Shown piece by piece: positions 43,481 through 56,989 of a stretch of DNA of 64,000 bases (its first letter is position 1; every line of letters starts with the position of its first letter). The stretch comes from Anaerolineales bacterium (GTDB taxonomy: Bacteria; Chloroflexota; Anaerolineae; Anaerolineales; RBG-16-64-43). Where the stretch lies: NCBI GenBank assembly GCA_034430775.1, contig DAOUDU010000178.1:499-64498 (forward strand). The letters are read 5' to 3'. Both the position numbers and the translations under genes were made by a program. The notes under the pieces were generated by a model. It worked only from the letters and a program-made list of their open reading frames with translations, was not told where the DNA came from and did no database searches.

Positions 43481-45826
43481 TTAAGTATGATTGGCGGCGT
43501 ACCCGTTCCCGTTGGCCTGGGTGAGATAAGCGACCGCCGTCTCGCCGTCCATTACGATATCCAGTTTGCGGCCGCCGAATTCGCCCGGGATATTCACCAG
43601 CCGCACGCAGTCCTTTGGTCCGGAGATCTCCGGTACAAGATCATCCATCCAGTTTCTGGCGCGCAACATCCAATCTCCACGGAACAGGTCACCGGGCTGG
43701 TCCGGAAATAGGGCCACGGGATATATCTGCGCTTCCACCAGATCCTGAAAGAAATGGGTGCCGTAGGAAGGCTCGGGAATGGCTCCCTGCTGCTCCACGG
43801 CCAATTCCACAAGCACCTTGGTATTGAAGATGTCTGCATACGTGACCGGGACCCCCAGCAGCGGGTCCACCGAACCCCAGCGGCCCGGACCGATGAGAAT
43901 GAAGGCCTGATTTTCAAGGACCTTGTTCAACTTCCCGACCATATCGGCAACCGCTTTTCTGTCAGCGGAATTCTCCAAACGGCCGTAGGCTTCCGGATCG
44001 ACATAGCAGATGTATTGCACCTGCTGGACCGCCCCCTGCGGGACGACTCGGGTCGCTACGAAGAGCTTATCCTCTTGGGTGATCCCTTTTGGTACTTTGC
44101 ACGCCGATCCTTCGCGGATTCCGTTTTGCACCCGGCACTGTAACAGATGCACGATGATTTTTAGGGACGTAGAGGAAGGATCCGGCGTAATGGCGAATTC
44201 CACGTCGACCGGCACATCGTACTGCCGTGACAAAGCCGTTAACACCCCTTTGATCAGGCTGACGAAACTGGTTTTCTGTAATAGATTATCGAACGAGAGG
44301 ATCATACGTTCCGAGGCAAGCTGGGGACCGAGGGAAAAGATCGGCATTATCGTGTCGCCCTGGTCGATCGACGCCAGCCAGGGCAGCGCCGGAAAATCCT
44401 GATCCAGGAGTTCCGTAACCGGAACGGAGACCATCTTGGCGGAATGGAGATCGATCACATCGGCCGATTTTTGCGAGTACCGCCGCACTTCGGCGGGAGT
44501 GGTTTCCGGACGGAGGGCGGGATGGCTGAGCGTGACCAGACGCGGATAATCCTCCGCGACACGGTTCACGGCGCGTGTCCCCAGCCCCATCACGATCCGG
44601 CAGAAACCCTCTTCCCGGCGCAGCCGCGGATTCCACACGATCGGGCTGTAGGAAAACGCCGCACCGGCGAGTGCCGGGAAAAAATAATTCCTATATGTCT
44701 GCCCCTGGACCTCCTGCAACAGCACCGCCATGCGCTCGTCGGATTCAAGGAGTTCCATCCGCCTCCGGTATGCAAGCGCGTCCGGGGTATACACGCTTGC
44801 GTAAACACGGCGGATCGCTTCCGATACCGCGCGATGGTTTTCTTCCGGCGATCCCTGATTGGGGCAGAATATCGAAATGTATTTTCCAGCAAAGGCGGTC
44901 CCGATTCCATCTTCGAGCAGGCTCGAGGAACGGACAACCATCGGAGTTTTTCCCGTCTCGCATAAAATTTCCCGCAGGCGCTCCTCCACCGGGTCCGGCA
45001 GGGCCCCGCGTTTAAATTCCTCCTGGATCTGCGGGTATTCGGCACGGATCTGATCCAGCGGTTTGAACTTGTGGTTGTAATAATCCAAATGGTTGATCGC
45101 CAGGAATTCATGGAAAACGTTCGCCCCGATGAAATTGGACCGCGGGATAGTCATTTGTCCGGCCAGATCGGGAGCTGATGCCCGGAGGATTCGCCAGGCC
45201 AGCAGCAGCCCTCCGGCTTTTCCGCCGATCTTGCCCGAACCGATCAGGCAGGATTGGATTAATTTAAAATCTTCCGCGGTGAACCACTTCTTCGCGATCT
45301 GCACGTATCTCGGGTGATCGCTGATGATCGCTTTCACCAGGACTGCGGCCATTTCCTCGAGCAGCGGACGAAATGGTTCGCGCTGCTCACCGGGCAGGCA
45401 CTCGTACCGGTGCAACTGATCAATCAACAATTCCAACGGAGCCAATTCCGGATTGAAGTACCGGATTCGGCTTTCCGGATGCCGTTTGTTTCGCTCGGCC
45501 AGGACCTTTTCGATAAGAGTCTCAAACAGGTCCAGCGGGAGGTTGTGCGCAAAATAAAAGTCGGTGAGATTATCGCGGATGTGCTGCAACCGCTCCTCCC
45601 ACATGTTGTCGTTCTCTTCCGAAATAGGGTCAACCAACCCCTCGCGCTTCTGGGAGAGCACGGCTTTTTCCCGCGCCTCCGCCTCCAGCCGTTCGCGTGA
45701 AATCACCCCATAGCGGTAAAGCTCCTCGCGCATATATCTGCGGATCTGCCTCGCCAAAATTGGATATTGGGAGATTTGGAGGTGGATGGAGAGAATCTTC
45801 GGGACATCCAGCGGATGCTCTGGCAT
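43481..45826 (-). CDS. PEP/pyruvate-binding (PPDK_N-like ATP-grasp) domain protein; no phosphohistidine swivel motif was seen.
   Basis: 781 aa. Supporting motifs are GGKAGGLLLAWRIL and VVRSSSLLEDGIGTAFAGKY. I could not find a TSH-type phosphocarrier motif. Confidence 0.65.
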   Translation of the reverse strand: MPEHPLDVPKILSIHLQISQYPILARQIRRYMREELYRYGVISRERLEAEAREKAVLSQKREGLVDPISEENDNMWEERLQHIRDNLTDFYFAHNLPLDLFETLIEKVLAERNKRHPESRIRYFNPELAPLELLIDQLHRYECLPGEQREPFRPLLEEMAAVLVKAIISDHPRYVQIAKKWFTAEDFKLIQSCLIGSGKIGGKAGGLLLAWRILRASAPDLAGQMTIPRSNFIGANVFHEFLAINHLDYYNHKFKPLDQIRAEYPQIQEEFKRGALPDPVEERLREILCETGKTPMVVRSSSLLEDGIGTAFAGKYISIFCPNQGSPEENHRAVSEAIRRVYASVYTPDALAYRRRMELLESDERMAVLLQEVQGQTYRNYFFPALAGAAFSYSPIVWNPRLRREEGFCRIVMGLGTRAVNRVAEDYPRLVTLSHPALRPETTPAEVRRYSQKSADVIDLHSAKMVSVPVTELLDQDFPALPWLASIDQGDTIMPIFSLGPQLASERMILSFDNLLQKTSFVSLIKGVLTALSRQYDVPVDVEFAITPDPSSTSLKIIVHLLQCRVQNGIREGSACKVPKGITQEDKLFVATRVVPQGAVQQVQYICYVDPEAYGRLENSADRKAVADMVGKLNKVLENQAFILIGPGRWGSVDPLLGVPVTYADIFNTKVLVELAVEQQGAIPEPSYGTHFFQDLVEAQIYPVALFPDQPGDLFRGDWMLRARNWMDDLVPEISGPKDCVRLVNIPGEFGGRKLDIVMDGETAVAYLTQANGNGYAANHT

Positions 45827-46040
45827 AGATGGAAAAAACCCCTCTGCTGCAATTATAGAATGCCGCTATTAATTATTGGCGAACATTCGGAGGAAGCTGA
45901 AAATCCAAAAATAATTATATTCTTTATTCCAGCTTGCGCCCATATTAAAACCTATTTTATCGGATTCCGACAAAAGATACTAGTTTTTCCCGAAAAAAAC
46001 TTCCTGCGCGTCTTCTTTACTGACCTCGCCTGCCCCATCC

Positions 46041-46082
46041 TCGGAATAAAAGGAAATAGCCCTTGCCACAAGGGCTATTTCC
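46041..46082 (-). terminator. Intrinsic terminator of gdh.
   Basis: Perfect 13-bp palindrome GGAAATAGCCCTT-gccac-AAGGGCTATTTCC. On the minus strand it is followed by TTTTATTCC. Confidence 0.7.
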
Positions 46083-46112
46083 TTCAATGGTTCCAAAAGA
46101 GCAGGAAAAGGG

Positions 46113-47375
46113 TTATGCCCAGCCGCGAAGCCGAACCGCTTCCGCCACCCGGCTGACCGCAACGATATAGGCTCCCATCCGGTTGTTGATTTTGTACTGG
46201 CGGGCTGTATCGTGAACGGAGTGGAAGGCGGTAGTCATCTTCTTGTCCAACCGGCGTTGAACCCTTTCCTCATCCCAGTAGTAATCGTATGCGTTCTGCA
46301 CCATCTCGAAGTACGAGACAGTGACGCCGCCCGCGTTGCAGAGGAAATCGGGGATGATATAGCAGCCGGCCTTCTGCAGGATGACGTCCGCTTCCGGGGT
46401 GGTCGGCCCGTTGGCCAGTTCGGCGATTAGTTTGGCCTTTACACGCGGGGCATTTTCCTCGGTGATCTCGCCGTCTAAGGCGGCCGGGGTGAGCACGGTC
46501 ACGTCCAGCTCGAGGATTTCCTTGTTGCTGACCGGTTTGGTGCCCGGGAATCCGACGACGGATCCGGTCTTCTTCTTATGTTCCATCACTTTTTCGTAAT
46601 CCAACCCGTCAGGGTTGTAGACCCCGCCCTTCGAATCACTGACCGCGACGGTTTTCAATCCGAGGATCTCGGCGCCCAGTTTGTGGGCATAGGAGCCGGC
46701 ATTACCATAGCCCTGAATCGCCTGGGTTGCGCCCTTAAGGTTGATCCCGAGCACGTTCTGCGCCTCGCGCAGGCAGTAGACGCCGCCGCGTGCGGTGGCA
46801 TCGCCGCGCCCCTGGGATCCGCCGAGAGCGAGCGGCTTGCCGGTGATCACACCAAATTCGTTGAAGCCCTGCATCATGGAAAATTCATCCATCATCCAGG
46901 CCATGATCTGCGGCGTGGTGTACACGTCCGGGGCAGGAACGTCTTTCTCCAACCCGATGGCCCGGCCTACCTGGCGGATGTATGCCCGACTCAACCGTTC
47001 GATTTCACCCGGCGACATGACTTTCGGGTTGCAGATGATCCCGCCCTTGGCGCCGCCGAGGGGAATGTCCATCACGGCCACTTTCCAGGTCATCCAGGCC
47101 GCCAGGGCGCGCACGGTATCCACTGTTTCGCCGATATGATAGCGGATGCCGCCCTTTGTCGGGCCGCGTGCATCATTGTATTGGATGCGAAAGCCGTGGA
47201 AGACTTTGGTCGAGCCGTCGTCCATCTTTACCGGAAGGGTTACGTGCAGTTCCCGGAGGGGCCAGCGCAGAAGCTCGTGTATGGCGGGATCGAGCTTCAT
47301 AATGGCGGCGGCATCATCGAGTTGGCGCTGCGCAATCTCGAAAGGATTCGGCCGCGCTTGTTTGGGGTCGCTCAT
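46113..47375 (-). CDS. gdh: Glutamate dehydrogenase (Glu/Leu/Phe/Val dehydrogenase family).
   Basis: The start is set at ATG 47375 ([19 protein letters not shown]), giving 420 aa. The catalytic region is [12 protein letters not shown] and the NAD(P) fold is IQGYGNAGS. The track ORF (609 aa) carries an implausible 5' extension. Confidence 0.9.
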   Translation of the reverse strand: MSDPKQARPNPFEIAQRQLDDAAAIMKLDPAIHELLRWPLRELHVTLPVKMDDGSTKVFHGFRIQYNDARGPTKGGIRYHIGETVDTVRALAAWMTWKVAVMDIPLGGAKGGIICNPKVMSPGEIERLSRAYIRQVGRAIGLEKDVPAPDVYTTPQIMAWMMDEFSMMQGFNEFGVITGKPLALGGSQGRGDATARGGVYCLREAQNVLGINLKGATQAIQGYGNAGSYAHKLGAEILGLKTVAVSDSKGGVYNPDGLDYEKVMEHKKKTGSVVGFPGTKPVSNKEILELDVTVLTPAALDGEITEENAPRVKAKLIAELANGPTTPEADVILQKAGCYIIPDFLCNAGGVTVSYFEMVQNAYDYYWDEERVQRRLDKKMTTAFHSVHDTARQYKINNRMGAYIVAVSRVAEAVRLRGWA

Positions 47376-47757
47376 GCTTTTATTCCTTTCTGGGTGGTGG
47401 GGTTTTTTCGGGCTGCGGGGTGCCCGGATAGCACGCAACTGATTTCCTTGGCTGTTGCTTTTTCTCGGAAAGGCAAGCCGATCCAACAGCTTTCTTTTTT
47501 CGAATTTGCGGCGGGGTGCATGGATGGATTTGTAATTCGGGTGGGATGGAGGTTCGAAGGGGTTACCAGTGATCCGCGGCCGAAACGGCACCCGGTCTGC
47601 CTTCCCAAGATCGAAAAAATTTTGCCATAGCCATTGCCCCGGTATATACCCTGTACGGTGAAATTTGATGCAGTTATCCGATCGCCAATCGGTTTGTTGT
47701 CCGGAAAAGGATGCGTTTTTGGATATCCAAGCCATCGGTTGTTTACGATCGATCGTT

Positions 47758-49323
47758 TCAGGAGGATAGACCCAGTTCAGGGATGTCCGGCAGCGCGGTT
47801 TCAAAAAGCCAAACTTGGAAAAAACCCTCCAGATCCTTGCCGCTAACCTCTTCGGCAAGCGCGATGAAATCCGCGGTGGCCGCATTCCCGTTGCGGTACC
47901 GGCTGTAAAATTCCTGAAGGATCCTAAAAAACGCCGGGTCACCGACTTTCAACCGAAGTGCGTGCAGGGTCAGCGCACCGCGGTCGTACACTTCCGGATC
48001 GAAAAGGTGATCCGGGCCCGGATCCCCGATCGGATCGGTCCGCGAAGCGGGAATGCTTCTGACATATTCATACCGGTTGGTGAGGTCCTCCCGTAAAGCA
48101 TCGGCCCCTCCGGTATGCTCCCACCATAGAGTCTCAGCATAGGACGCGAACCCTTCGTTCAGCCAGATATCCTTCCAGGAGTCGACACTGACGCTGTCGC
48201 CGAACCACTGATGGGCCAGCTCGTGCACAACCACTATATCGTATGCGAAGGTATACCCCATAACGATCAGGGTTTGATTCTCCAGCGAGAAAGGGAGCTC
48301 CAATTCATGGACAACCACCCCGCAGGCGTCGAACGGATACGGCCCGAAGATCGAACTGAAGAAATCCAGCGCTTCCGGGAGCACCGCGGTCGATGCTTCC
48401 ACATCGCCGCGGATGTCCGTATCCAGATAGTCCCGGACCAAGACACCGGTTTTCGACGTTTTTTCACGGATTTCGAAATTTCCGATGGCAATGGTGGCCA
48501 GGTAGGTGGCCATTGGATCGTCCATCGCCCACTCGTATGTCCAGGTGGCTCCATGGTCGGTCCGTTCCTTTAAAACGCCGTTTGCCGCAACGACGAACGG
48601 CTTGGCGACGGTTATGTGAAAAGTGAAGGTCGCCTTATCCCGCGGGTGATTATTCGAGGGATACCAGGTTTCGGCGCCGGTCGGCTCACCGGCAACGATC
48701 ACCCCGTCCGGATAGAAGTTCCAACCCTCGAGAAATTCGATGCCCCCGTACGCTTCGCCTTCACCCGGCCGCCCCGCATACATTACTTCAACCAAGAATT
48801 CCGTATTGGAGGGGATTTGCACGGCGGGCAGGATGGTAAGCTCATCGCCGGAACGGGAGAAGTCCGCTTCGTCTCCGTCCACTTTAATGGAGTCGATGTC
48901 AAAACCCGCAAAATCCAGATTGAACCGGTTGAGGATCTCGCGGGAAAGGATTTTAATCGTCGCCGTGGCACGGATGGTTTCAAGATCCATATCCACGTCG
49001 ATCACCAAGTCGTAATGGATAACGTCGTATCCGCCGTTGCCCATTTGCGGATAATACGGATCCCCTATTCCATCCGCGCCGGAAAACGATCCATCCCCGG
49101 CGGAAGCCGTTTCGGTCGGCAGTCCGCCGACCTCCACCGTGGGTACGGCGGGCGGCGGGAGCGGCGGCATGGGCGTCGAGCGTGTGCCTGAAGTAATTCC
49201 GTTTATCCCCTGGGCGAGGAGGATGACCAGGGCCGCACAGGCGCAGGTCATCCCGCACAGTGTAAAAAGCACCGCGATGATCGCAATGTTTTTTTTATTA
49301 ATTTTCACGGGGATCCCCTCCAT
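47758..49323 (-). CDS. M1-family zinc metallopeptidase (aminopeptidase N-like), membrane anchored.
   Basis: Zinc-binding motifs [12 protein letters not shown] and WLNEGFASY. An N-terminal anchor is present ([25 protein letters not shown]). Confidence 0.85.
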   Translation of the reverse strand: MEGIPVKINKKNIAIIAVLFTLCGMTCACAALVILLAQGINGITSGTRSTPMPPLPPPAVPTVEVGGLPTETASAGDGSFSGADGIGDPYYPQMGNGGYDVIHYDLVIDVDMDLETIRATATIKILSREILNRFNLDFAGFDIDSIKVDGDEADFSRSGDELTILPAVQIPSNTEFLVEVMYAGRPGEGEAYGGIEFLEGWNFYPDGVIVAGEPTGAETWYPSNNHPRDKATFTFHITVAKPFVVAANGVLKERTDHGATWTYEWAMDDPMATYLATIAIGNFEIREKTSKTGVLVRDYLDTDIRGDVEASTAVLPEALDFFSSIFGPYPFDACGVVVHELELPFSLENQTLIVMGYTFAYDIVVVHELAHQWFGDSVSVDSWKDIWLNEGFASYAETLWWEHTGGADALREDLTNRYEYVRSIPASRTDPIGDPGPDHLFDPEVYDRGALTLHALRLKVGDPAFFRILQEFYSRYRNGNAATADFIALAEEVSGKDLEGFFQVWLFETALPDIPELGLSS

Positions 49324-49336
49324 CCGGTGGAAACAG

Positions 49337-50800
49337 TCAATCCTTAACCGGGTTTGATAATTCCTCTTCCAATAATTTACGCACGGTCTGCGGATTGGCC
49401 CTCCCGCCGGTGGTTTTCATCACCTGGCCGAGCAGCCATTGGATGACGGTCACTTTGCCCTTCCGGTAGGAATCCACCTGCTCCGGATTATCCGCCAGCA
49501 CTTTGCGGACCGCCGCGCGCAGGGTATCCGCATCGCCGATCTGCTGCAATCCCCGCTCTGCGACCAGGGCCTCCGCGGATTTACCGGTATCCAGCATTGC
49601 CGCCAGAAGCATCTTGCCGGTCGGTCCGTTTATCTTCCCTTCCGAGATCATTTGGATCAGCGCGCCGAACGCGCGCGCCGGAAGGGCCGGCTTTCCGCCC
49701 TCGCCCATCAGCGGGAGATTGCGCGCATTCAACAGCCCGAAAAGATCACCGCTGAGCCAGGTTGCTGCCGCGCGCGCCGATACACTGGAGGTCCGGATCA
49801 CTTCGTCGAAATAATCGACTGTTGCCTTCTCTGAAAGGATGACCTCGGCGTCGTGCCGGGTGAGGCCCATCTTATGCACAAGCCGTTCGCGGACCGCATC
49901 CGGGAGTTCGGGGAGGGCGGCGAGGACCCGGGAGAGCCGCTCGGAGGGGATTTCCAGCGGCGGTAAATCCGGTTCCGGAAAATAACGGTAATCATGCGCC
50001 TCTTCTTTGCTGCGCTGGCTGTAGGTCCGGCCGGCGTTTTCATCCCATCCGAGCGTTTCCTGCTGGATCGCGCCGCCCTTTTCAAGGACAGCCGCCTGCC
50101 GGGCCAGTTCGAATTCCATCGAGCGCACGAGCGCCCGGAACGAATTCAGATTTTTTACTTCCACCCGGGTTCCCAATTCCTCGGATCCCTTCGGACGCAG
50201 CGAGATATTGGCTTCGAAGCGGATCACTCCCTTTTCCATATCGCCGCTGTTGACATCCAGATAGCACAGCAACCGGCGCAGTGCGGTGGCGTAGGCTTTC
50301 ACCTCTTCCATCGAGTGCATGTCCGGCTCAGAAACGATCTCCAGCAGCGGGACGCCGGCGCGGTTGAGATCCACCAGCGAACGCGCGGGCTTTTCCTCAT
50401 GGGTAAGTTTTCCCGTGTCTTCTTCCAGGTGGACGCGCCGGATCCGGATCGGGCGGATGGCCCCGCCGGCTTCTATCCGCAGCGCGCCCTCGACCGCCAA
50501 CGGCAGCTCATACTGGGAGATCTGATATCCCTTGGGGAGGTCTGGATAGAAATAATTCTTGCGCGCAAAAACGCTTACCGGCGCCACCCGGCACTCCAGG
50601 GCCGCAGCCACAAGCAGCGCCAGATCCACCGCGCGCTCGTTGATCACCGGCAGGCTGCCGGGCATCCCCAGGCAGATCGGGCAGGTGGAGGTATTCGGCT
50701 CGGCCAGGGTGGAATCCACCACCGCGCATCCGCAGAACATCTTCGAGCGGGTGCGCAGCTCCGCGTGCACTTCCAAGCCGACGACTCCTTCCCATTCCAT
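49337..50800 (-). CDS. gatB: Asp/Glu-tRNA amidotransferase subunit B.
   Basis: 487 aa. The N-terminus is [24 protein letters not shown], and a YqeY-like C-terminal tail is present. Confidence 0.9.
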   Translation of the reverse strand: MEWEGVVGLEVHAELRTRSKMFCGCAVVDSTLAEPNTSTCPICLGMPGSLPVINERAVDLALLVAAALECRVAPVSVFARKNYFYPDLPKGYQISQYELPLAVEGALRIEAGGAIRPIRIRRVHLEEDTGKLTHEEKPARSLVDLNRAGVPLLEIVSEPDMHSMEEVKAYATALRRLLCYLDVNSGDMEKGVIRFEANISLRPKGSEELGTRVEVKNLNSFRALVRSMEFELARQAAVLEKGGAIQQETLGWDENAGRTYSQRSKEEAHDYRYFPEPDLPPLEIPSERLSRVLAALPELPDAVRERLVHKMGLTRHDAEVILSEKATVDYFDEVIRTSSVSARAAATWLSGDLFGLLNARNLPLMGEGGKPALPARAFGALIQMISEGKINGPTGKMLLAAMLDTGKSAEALVAERGLQQIGDADTLRAAVRKVLADNPEQVDSYRKGKVTVIQWLLGQVMKTTGGRANPQTVRKLLEEELSNPVKD

Positions 50801-50825
50801 GGACGGTATTCCCTCCGCGCCCCGC

Positions 50826-51986
50826 TTACCCGTGCCGGAGCATAAAGTGCTTCATGTGGTCCAGCGCCTGCTCGATTTTTTCGTATGCGGTGGCGTAACA
50901 GAGTCGGACAAACCCCTTGCCGCTTGGACCGAAGGCAGAGCCGGGAACCACCGCAACCTGCTCTTCGAGCAGAAGCGTCTCGGAAAACTGCCCATCATCC
51001 ATTCCGGTCTTGGCCACCGAGGGGAAGGCATAAAATGCACCCTGCGGTTCGAAGCAATCCAACCCCAACGAGTTGAGTCCCTGAACCAGCAGTTCCCGGC
51101 GCCGGTTGTATTCCGTCAGCATCTCCCGCACGTAATATTCACCGCGTTGGATCGCCTCCAATCCGGCCGCTTGCGACATGGTCGGCGCGGACATGATTGT
51201 GTACTGATGGATCTTGCGCATGGCGGCCATCAGATTCTTCGGTGCGGCGACGTATCCCAGCCGCCAGCCGGTCATCGCATACCCCTTTGAGAAGCCGTTG
51301 ATCAGGACAGTCCGCTCACGCAGGCCCGGCAGCGAAGGCACGCACACATGCTCGCGATGATAAACCAGGCGGCTGTAGAGCTCATCCGAGATGATGAGCA
51401 AATCGTGCTTTCGCGCCACTTCGCCCACCCGCACCAGCATTTCGCGCGACATCACCGCCCCAGTCGGGTTATTCGGGTAGCCGATGAGGATCGCCTTGGT
51501 CCGCGGCGTCACCGCCCTTTCAATCTCCTCGCCGGTAACCTGAAAATTGTTCTGCACATAGGTCGGTACCGTCACCGGTACGCCATCGGCAAAAATCACT
51601 TCGGGCGTATAGGCCACAAAGCACGGTTCGGGGACGATGACTTCGTCACCCGGATCGAGTATCGCCGAAAGCGCCAAGTGCAGGGCTTCCGAGGCCCCGA
51701 CCGTAATCAGGACTTCCTCTTCCGGATCGTAAGCGACGTCGTACAAATGCTTAATCTGAACCGATACCGCCTGGCGCAGCTCCATGGTGCCCGAATTGGA
51801 GGTGTAGTGGGTGTCGCCCAACCGGAGCGAGCGGATTCCGGCATGCAGAATGGGAGTGGGCGTCACAAAATCCGGTTCCCCGATTCCCAGCGAAATGACG
51901 TCCTTCATCGTCGCGGCGATGTCGAAAAAGCGCCGGATGCCGGAGGGCGGGACCGATTGAATTCGTTTCGAAATAAAATTCCGCAT
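50826..51986 (-). CDS. Class I/II pyridoxal-phosphate aminotransferase (aspartate aminotransferase-like).
   Basis: Supporting motifs are YPNNPTGAV, the PLP lysine context [16 protein letters not shown] and GFVRLCYA. Confidence 0.85.
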   Translation of the reverse strand: MRNFISKRIQSVPPSGIRRFFDIAATMKDVISLGIGEPDFVTPTPILHAGIRSLRLGDTHYTSNSGTMELRQAVSVQIKHLYDVAYDPEEEVLITVGASEALHLALSAILDPGDEVIVPEPCFVAYTPEVIFADGVPVTVPTYVQNNFQVTGEEIERAVTPRTKAILIGYPNNPTGAVMSREMLVRVGEVARKHDLLIISDELYSRLVYHREHVCVPSLPGLRERTVLINGFSKGYAMTGWRLGYVAAPKNLMAAMRKIHQYTIMSAPTMSQAAGLEAIQRGEYYVREMLTEYNRRRELLVQGLNSLGLDCFEPQGAFYAFPSVAKTGMDDGQFSETLLLEEQVAVVPGSAFGPSGKGFVRLCYATAYEKIEQALDHMKHFMLRHG

Positions 51987-52022
51987 ACTTGCCTCGAAAG
52001 GAACGGCGCCGCCCGAACGGGA

Positions 52023-52256
52023 TTAAGGCCCGGGCCGAACCGTCCACTGCTCGCGTTCGAATTCGTACAGTAGGACAAATTGCCCCCCCTGACTGTCCTC
52101 TACCACGAATTGCTTTCCCTCCGGAAGCCTCCGCCGCGCGAGGATCCGGATCACCTCCCGCCACTCCCTCTCCCAGAAAAATTTTCGCGGTGCTTCCGCA
52201 TACTCCGTACCCGAATAACACTCCACCAATTCGGGCATACGCGCTTCCCCGGTCAT
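52023..52256 (-). CDS. Hypothetical 77-aa protein, translationally coupled to the upstream gene.
   Basis: Its start overlaps the upstream stop as ATGA. The sequence is balanced and non-repetitive (MTGEARMPELVECYSGTEYAEAPRKFFWEREWREVIRIL...). No domain was recognised. Confidence 0.5.
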   Translation of the reverse strand: MTGEARMPELVECYSGTEYAEAPRKFFWEREWREVIRILARRRLPEGKQFVVEDSQGGQFVLLYEFEREQWTVRPGP

Positions 52257-53241
52257 CCCATCCGCATTTCGGAGGAATCTCCGACCAGAAAGGTTTCATA
52301 TTTTCCCAGAAGTTTGGCCTGGGATCCCACCAGCGATTCAGCGACTACCATCCGCGCGATCTCCGCCTTCTCGTCGACGATCGAATCCCGGATGATCGAC
52401 TGTTCCACACAGCAGCCGGCCGCGAGCGACACGTACGGGCCGATGACGGATTGTTTGACCACCGCACCCGGATCGATGAAGACCGGCGGTATGATCACCA
52501 CACCCTCAATCCCCGAAGCTTCGGAATTGCCGCAGCTGCGCTCCAATAACCAGCGGTTCGCGTGCAGTAGAGTCTCCGGTTTTCCGCAATCCTCCCAGCG
52601 GGAGACTTCCTCCACTTCCATGGGCAGCCCATCTTCAAGCATTAGGTTCAACGCTTCCGCCAGATAATACTCTTCTCCTATTGTTTCCCCCCGTTCCATC
52701 TGGCGCTCGATAGCGCCAACCAGTTCGGCCCCCGACGGCAGGTAATACGTTCCCACCACGACAAGTTTATTTTCCGCGGTCGACGGCTTCTCCACCAGGC
52801 GCTTCACCCGTCCGTCCGGGCCGATGGTCGCCACCCCGAAACGCCGCGGATCCTCGACCTGCTTTACCCATGCAACGGCATGCTTCCGATTGCGGATCGC
52901 TTTGGCGAAATCTGTATCCATTAGGGTATCAACAAACGAAAGAAGAACCGGACCCTGTAAATATTCGCGGGCAAGCCACAAAGCCTGCGATTGCCCGAGC
53001 AGATCCTCCTGTTCGACAAAACTTGCCTTCAACTCCGGATACGTTCGATGCACGTATTCCTGCACTTGCTCGCCGAGAAATCCGACGATGAAGACCACTT
53101 CGTCCAGATCCGGCAGCCGGCAGAACATATCCAGCACATGCCCAAGAATTGCCTTCCCCGCAACCTGGACCAGCGGTTTCGGTTTGCTCCAGGTGAGCGG
53201 CCGCAGGCGCGTTCCAAAGCCGGCCATCGGCAGGATGACTT

Positions 53242-53245
<4 letters not shown>
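52253..53245 (-). CDS. Sugar-phosphate nucleotidyltransferase with a C-terminal left-handed beta-helix region.
   Basis: The start is set at ATG 53245 ([31 protein letters not shown]), which overlaps the gatA stop as ATGA. The C-terminal hexapeptide-like region is VIIPPVFIDPGAVVKQSVIGPYVSL. Confidence 0.8.
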
Positions 53246-54717
<1,472 letters not shown>

Positions 54718-54730
54718 ATAGCCCGTCCGT

Positions 54731-55018
54731 CTACTCAAACACAGGCGGTATCCGGAACATATGCTTGGCCTGTTCCGGTGCGTTGGCCAATGCGTCATTC
54801 CGGTCCAAGGATTTTGTAATATCATCTGTCCGTTGAATAGATCTCAAGGGGAGAACGGTCGTAGTGGGGGATATCGCCGAGGTGTCCACCCGGAGCAGCC
54901 GGTCGGCATAATCTAAAATGTCGGTTAATTGCTGACGATACTTCTCCAATTCCTGCTCCCCTAATTGGAGATGCGCCAATAATGCAATGTGTTCGACTTC
55001 TTTATGTGTCAGTGGCAT
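54731..55018 (-). CDS. gatC: Amidotransferase subunit C.
   Basis: The start is set at ATG 55018 (MPLTHKEVEHIALLAHLQLGEQELEKYRQQL), giving 95 aa. It lies directly upstream of gatA. Confidence 0.8.
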   Translation of the reverse strand: MPLTHKEVEHIALLAHLQLGEQELEKYRQQLTDILDYADRLLRVDTSAISPTTTVLPLRSIQRTDDITKSLDRNDALANAPEQAKHMFRIPPVFE

Positions 55019-55045
55019 GACGGGATTATACCGCACCGGTTCCAA

Positions 55046-55439
55046 TCATCTGATTGCCCAGATCCCCTGTGGACAATGAGGGATAACTCCGTTTTTTCCC
55101 CTCTGAGAATCAATTCTCTGCGATGAATTTTTTAATATCCGGGATGAAATTTTTCTGTAACCCCTGAATTGGGCTTTTTCCCCAAGAAAATCACTCTTAA
55201 TGAGGTGCGAATCCGCCATTATCAGTTTTCTTTATTACCCAAAAGTCCTTTACTCACGGCTTCTGTTTAAGGGAATAGCACCTTAAAGGTTTGTGGAAAC
55301 CGGTTTTCCACCGCACTTTTTATTGTCAGCAGCGGATAAGTCTGCTAAAATCAACAACGATCGAACGCATCGATCAACCGCACCATTGTATTACATAAAA
55401 AACATAAAAAGAATTCTGGCGACGACGGAGCCTGATCAA
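55046..55439. other. dnaA upstream region with degenerate DnaA boxes and AT-rich tracts; possible second part of a bipartite oriC or the dnaA autoregulatory region.
   Basis: TGTGGACAA at 55068..55076 has 1 mismatch to TGTGGATAA. TGTGGAAAC at 55291..55299 and the adjacent TTTTCCACC each have 2 mismatches. AT-rich runs include aattttttaatat and cataaaaaacataaaaag. Confidence 0.45.
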
Positions 55440-56804
55440 ATGAATCCAGAACAAGCATGGCAGGCTGCACTCGGGCAATTCCAGTTGGAAATGAATAAAG
55501 CCACGTTTGATACGTGGGTTCGTGACGCGCGCTTCCTTTCCTACGACAGCGGCGTCTTCACGGTCGGTGTCGCCAACGGCTATGCGCGCGATTGGCTGGA
55601 AGACCGGCTGACCGGATTGGCGCGAAAGATACTCACCGGGATATGGGGCCAACCGGCCGAAGTGAAATTCGAGGTCGGCAAATCCGATCTTCCGGATGAG
55701 CTGGATGCGGTGGATGAAGAAGAATTAATCCCATCGACTGCAGGGGAAGGGGCGGTCACACCCCCGCCGCTTCGGCCGACCGGCAACAACTTAAACCCCC
55801 GCTACACGTTTTCCTCATTCGTGGTCGGGAACAGCAACCGCTTGGCGCACGCCGCCAGCCTGGCAGTGGCCGACAACCCGGCGCAGGCCTACAATCCGCT
55901 GTTCCTCTACGGGGGAGTTGGCCTGGGGAAGACTCACCTGTTGCACGCGATCGGCAACTCGTGCATCGAGCACGGTTCGATGGTTCTCTATGTTACCTCC
56001 GAAGATTTCACAAACGACCTGATTAATTCGATTCGATCGCACACCACCGAAGCGTTTCGAGAAAAATACCGCCGGATCGACGTGCTCCTGATCGACGATG
56101 TGCAATTTATCGCCGGTAAAGAATCCACCCAGGAAGAATTTTTTCACACCTTTAACGCCCTGCACGGCCAAAACCGCCAATTGGTACTATCCTCGGACCG
56201 GCCGCCTAAGGCCATGGTCACCCTGGAGGAACGGTTGCGTTCGCGGTTCGAATGGGGATTGACTGCCGACATCCAGCCTCCCGATATTGAAACGCGCATG
56301 GCCATCCTGCGCTCCAAGGCAGAACGCGCCGGACGGACCATGCCGCCCGAACTATTGGAAAGCATCGCGCGCAGGGTGCAAAGCAACATACGCGAGCTGG
56401 AAGGCGCGTTGATCCGCGTTCTGGCCCTCTCCGATCTGAGCGGCACCCCGATCGGACCGGAACTCGTGGAATCCGCCCTGACCGACATGTTGCCGAAGAA
56501 CCGGCGGATAGCCCCCGCAACGATCATCGATGCTGTAGCGGGACAGTTCGGTATCGAGCGGGAAAAATTGCTCGGCCGGGAACGATCGAAGGATATTGTG
56601 CTCCCCCGGCAGGTTGCCATGTACCTTATTCGCGAAGAAACTAATGCTTCCTTGCCGGAAATCGGCAACGCCATGGGCGGCCGGGATCACACGACCGTTA
56701 TGTACGGCTGCGATAAGATCAACGACCTCATGGAACAGGACGATAGCCTCCGTCGCCAAATTATGTTTATTCGCCAACAACTTTACCAGCCCGCCCATAA
56801 TTAA
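55440..56804 (+). CDS. dnaA: Chromosomal replication initiator protein DnaA.
   Basis: The start is set at ATG 55440 (MNPEQAWQAALGQFQLEMNKATFDTWV). Walker A is GGVGLGKTHLLHA and Walker B is VLLIDDVQF. The C-terminal DNA-binding signature is GGRDHTTVMYGCDKI. Confidence 0.95.
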   Translation: MNPEQAWQAALGQFQLEMNKATFDTWVRDARFLSYDSGVFTVGVANGYARDWLEDRLTGLARKILTGIWGQPAEVKFEVGKSDLPDELDAVDEEELIPSTAGEGAVTPPPLRPTGNNLNPRYTFSSFVVGNSNRLAHAASLAVADNPAQAYNPLFLYGGVGLGKTHLLHAIGNSCIEHGSMVLYVTSEDFTNDLINSIRSHTTEAFREKYRRIDVLLIDDVQFIAGKESTQEEFFHTFNALHGQNRQLVLSSDRPPKAMVTLEERLRSRFEWGLTADIQPPDIETRMAILRSKAERAGRTMPPELLESIARRVQSNIRELEGALIRVLALSDLSGTPIGPELVESALTDMLPKNRRIAPATIIDAVAGQFGIEREKLLGRERSKDIVLPRQVAMYLIREETNASLPEIGNAMGGRDHTTVMYGCDKINDLMEQDDSLRRQIMFIRQQLYQPAHN

Positions 56805-56827
56805 TCCGTTCCGCTTTTCTCTTTCTG

Positions 56828-56874
56828 CATGATCGTCGAGCCGGCCGGCGCGTTTCGATGATCATGTTTTTTTT
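56828..56874 (+). terminator. Intrinsic terminator of dnaA.
   Basis: CATGATCGTCGA...TCGATGATCATG forms a 12-bp stem with 1 mismatch, followed by 8 T residues. Confidence 0.7.
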
Positions 56875-56989
56875 CTCATCGTTGCCCTTTATTGAAAAGA
56901 ACAGACCACCCGATAAAGAACTAATGGATTGGTCTGTTTTTCAACCGGTTTTTCCGGGCCCAGCTACTTGTTTGCGACCGGGTTTGTGG

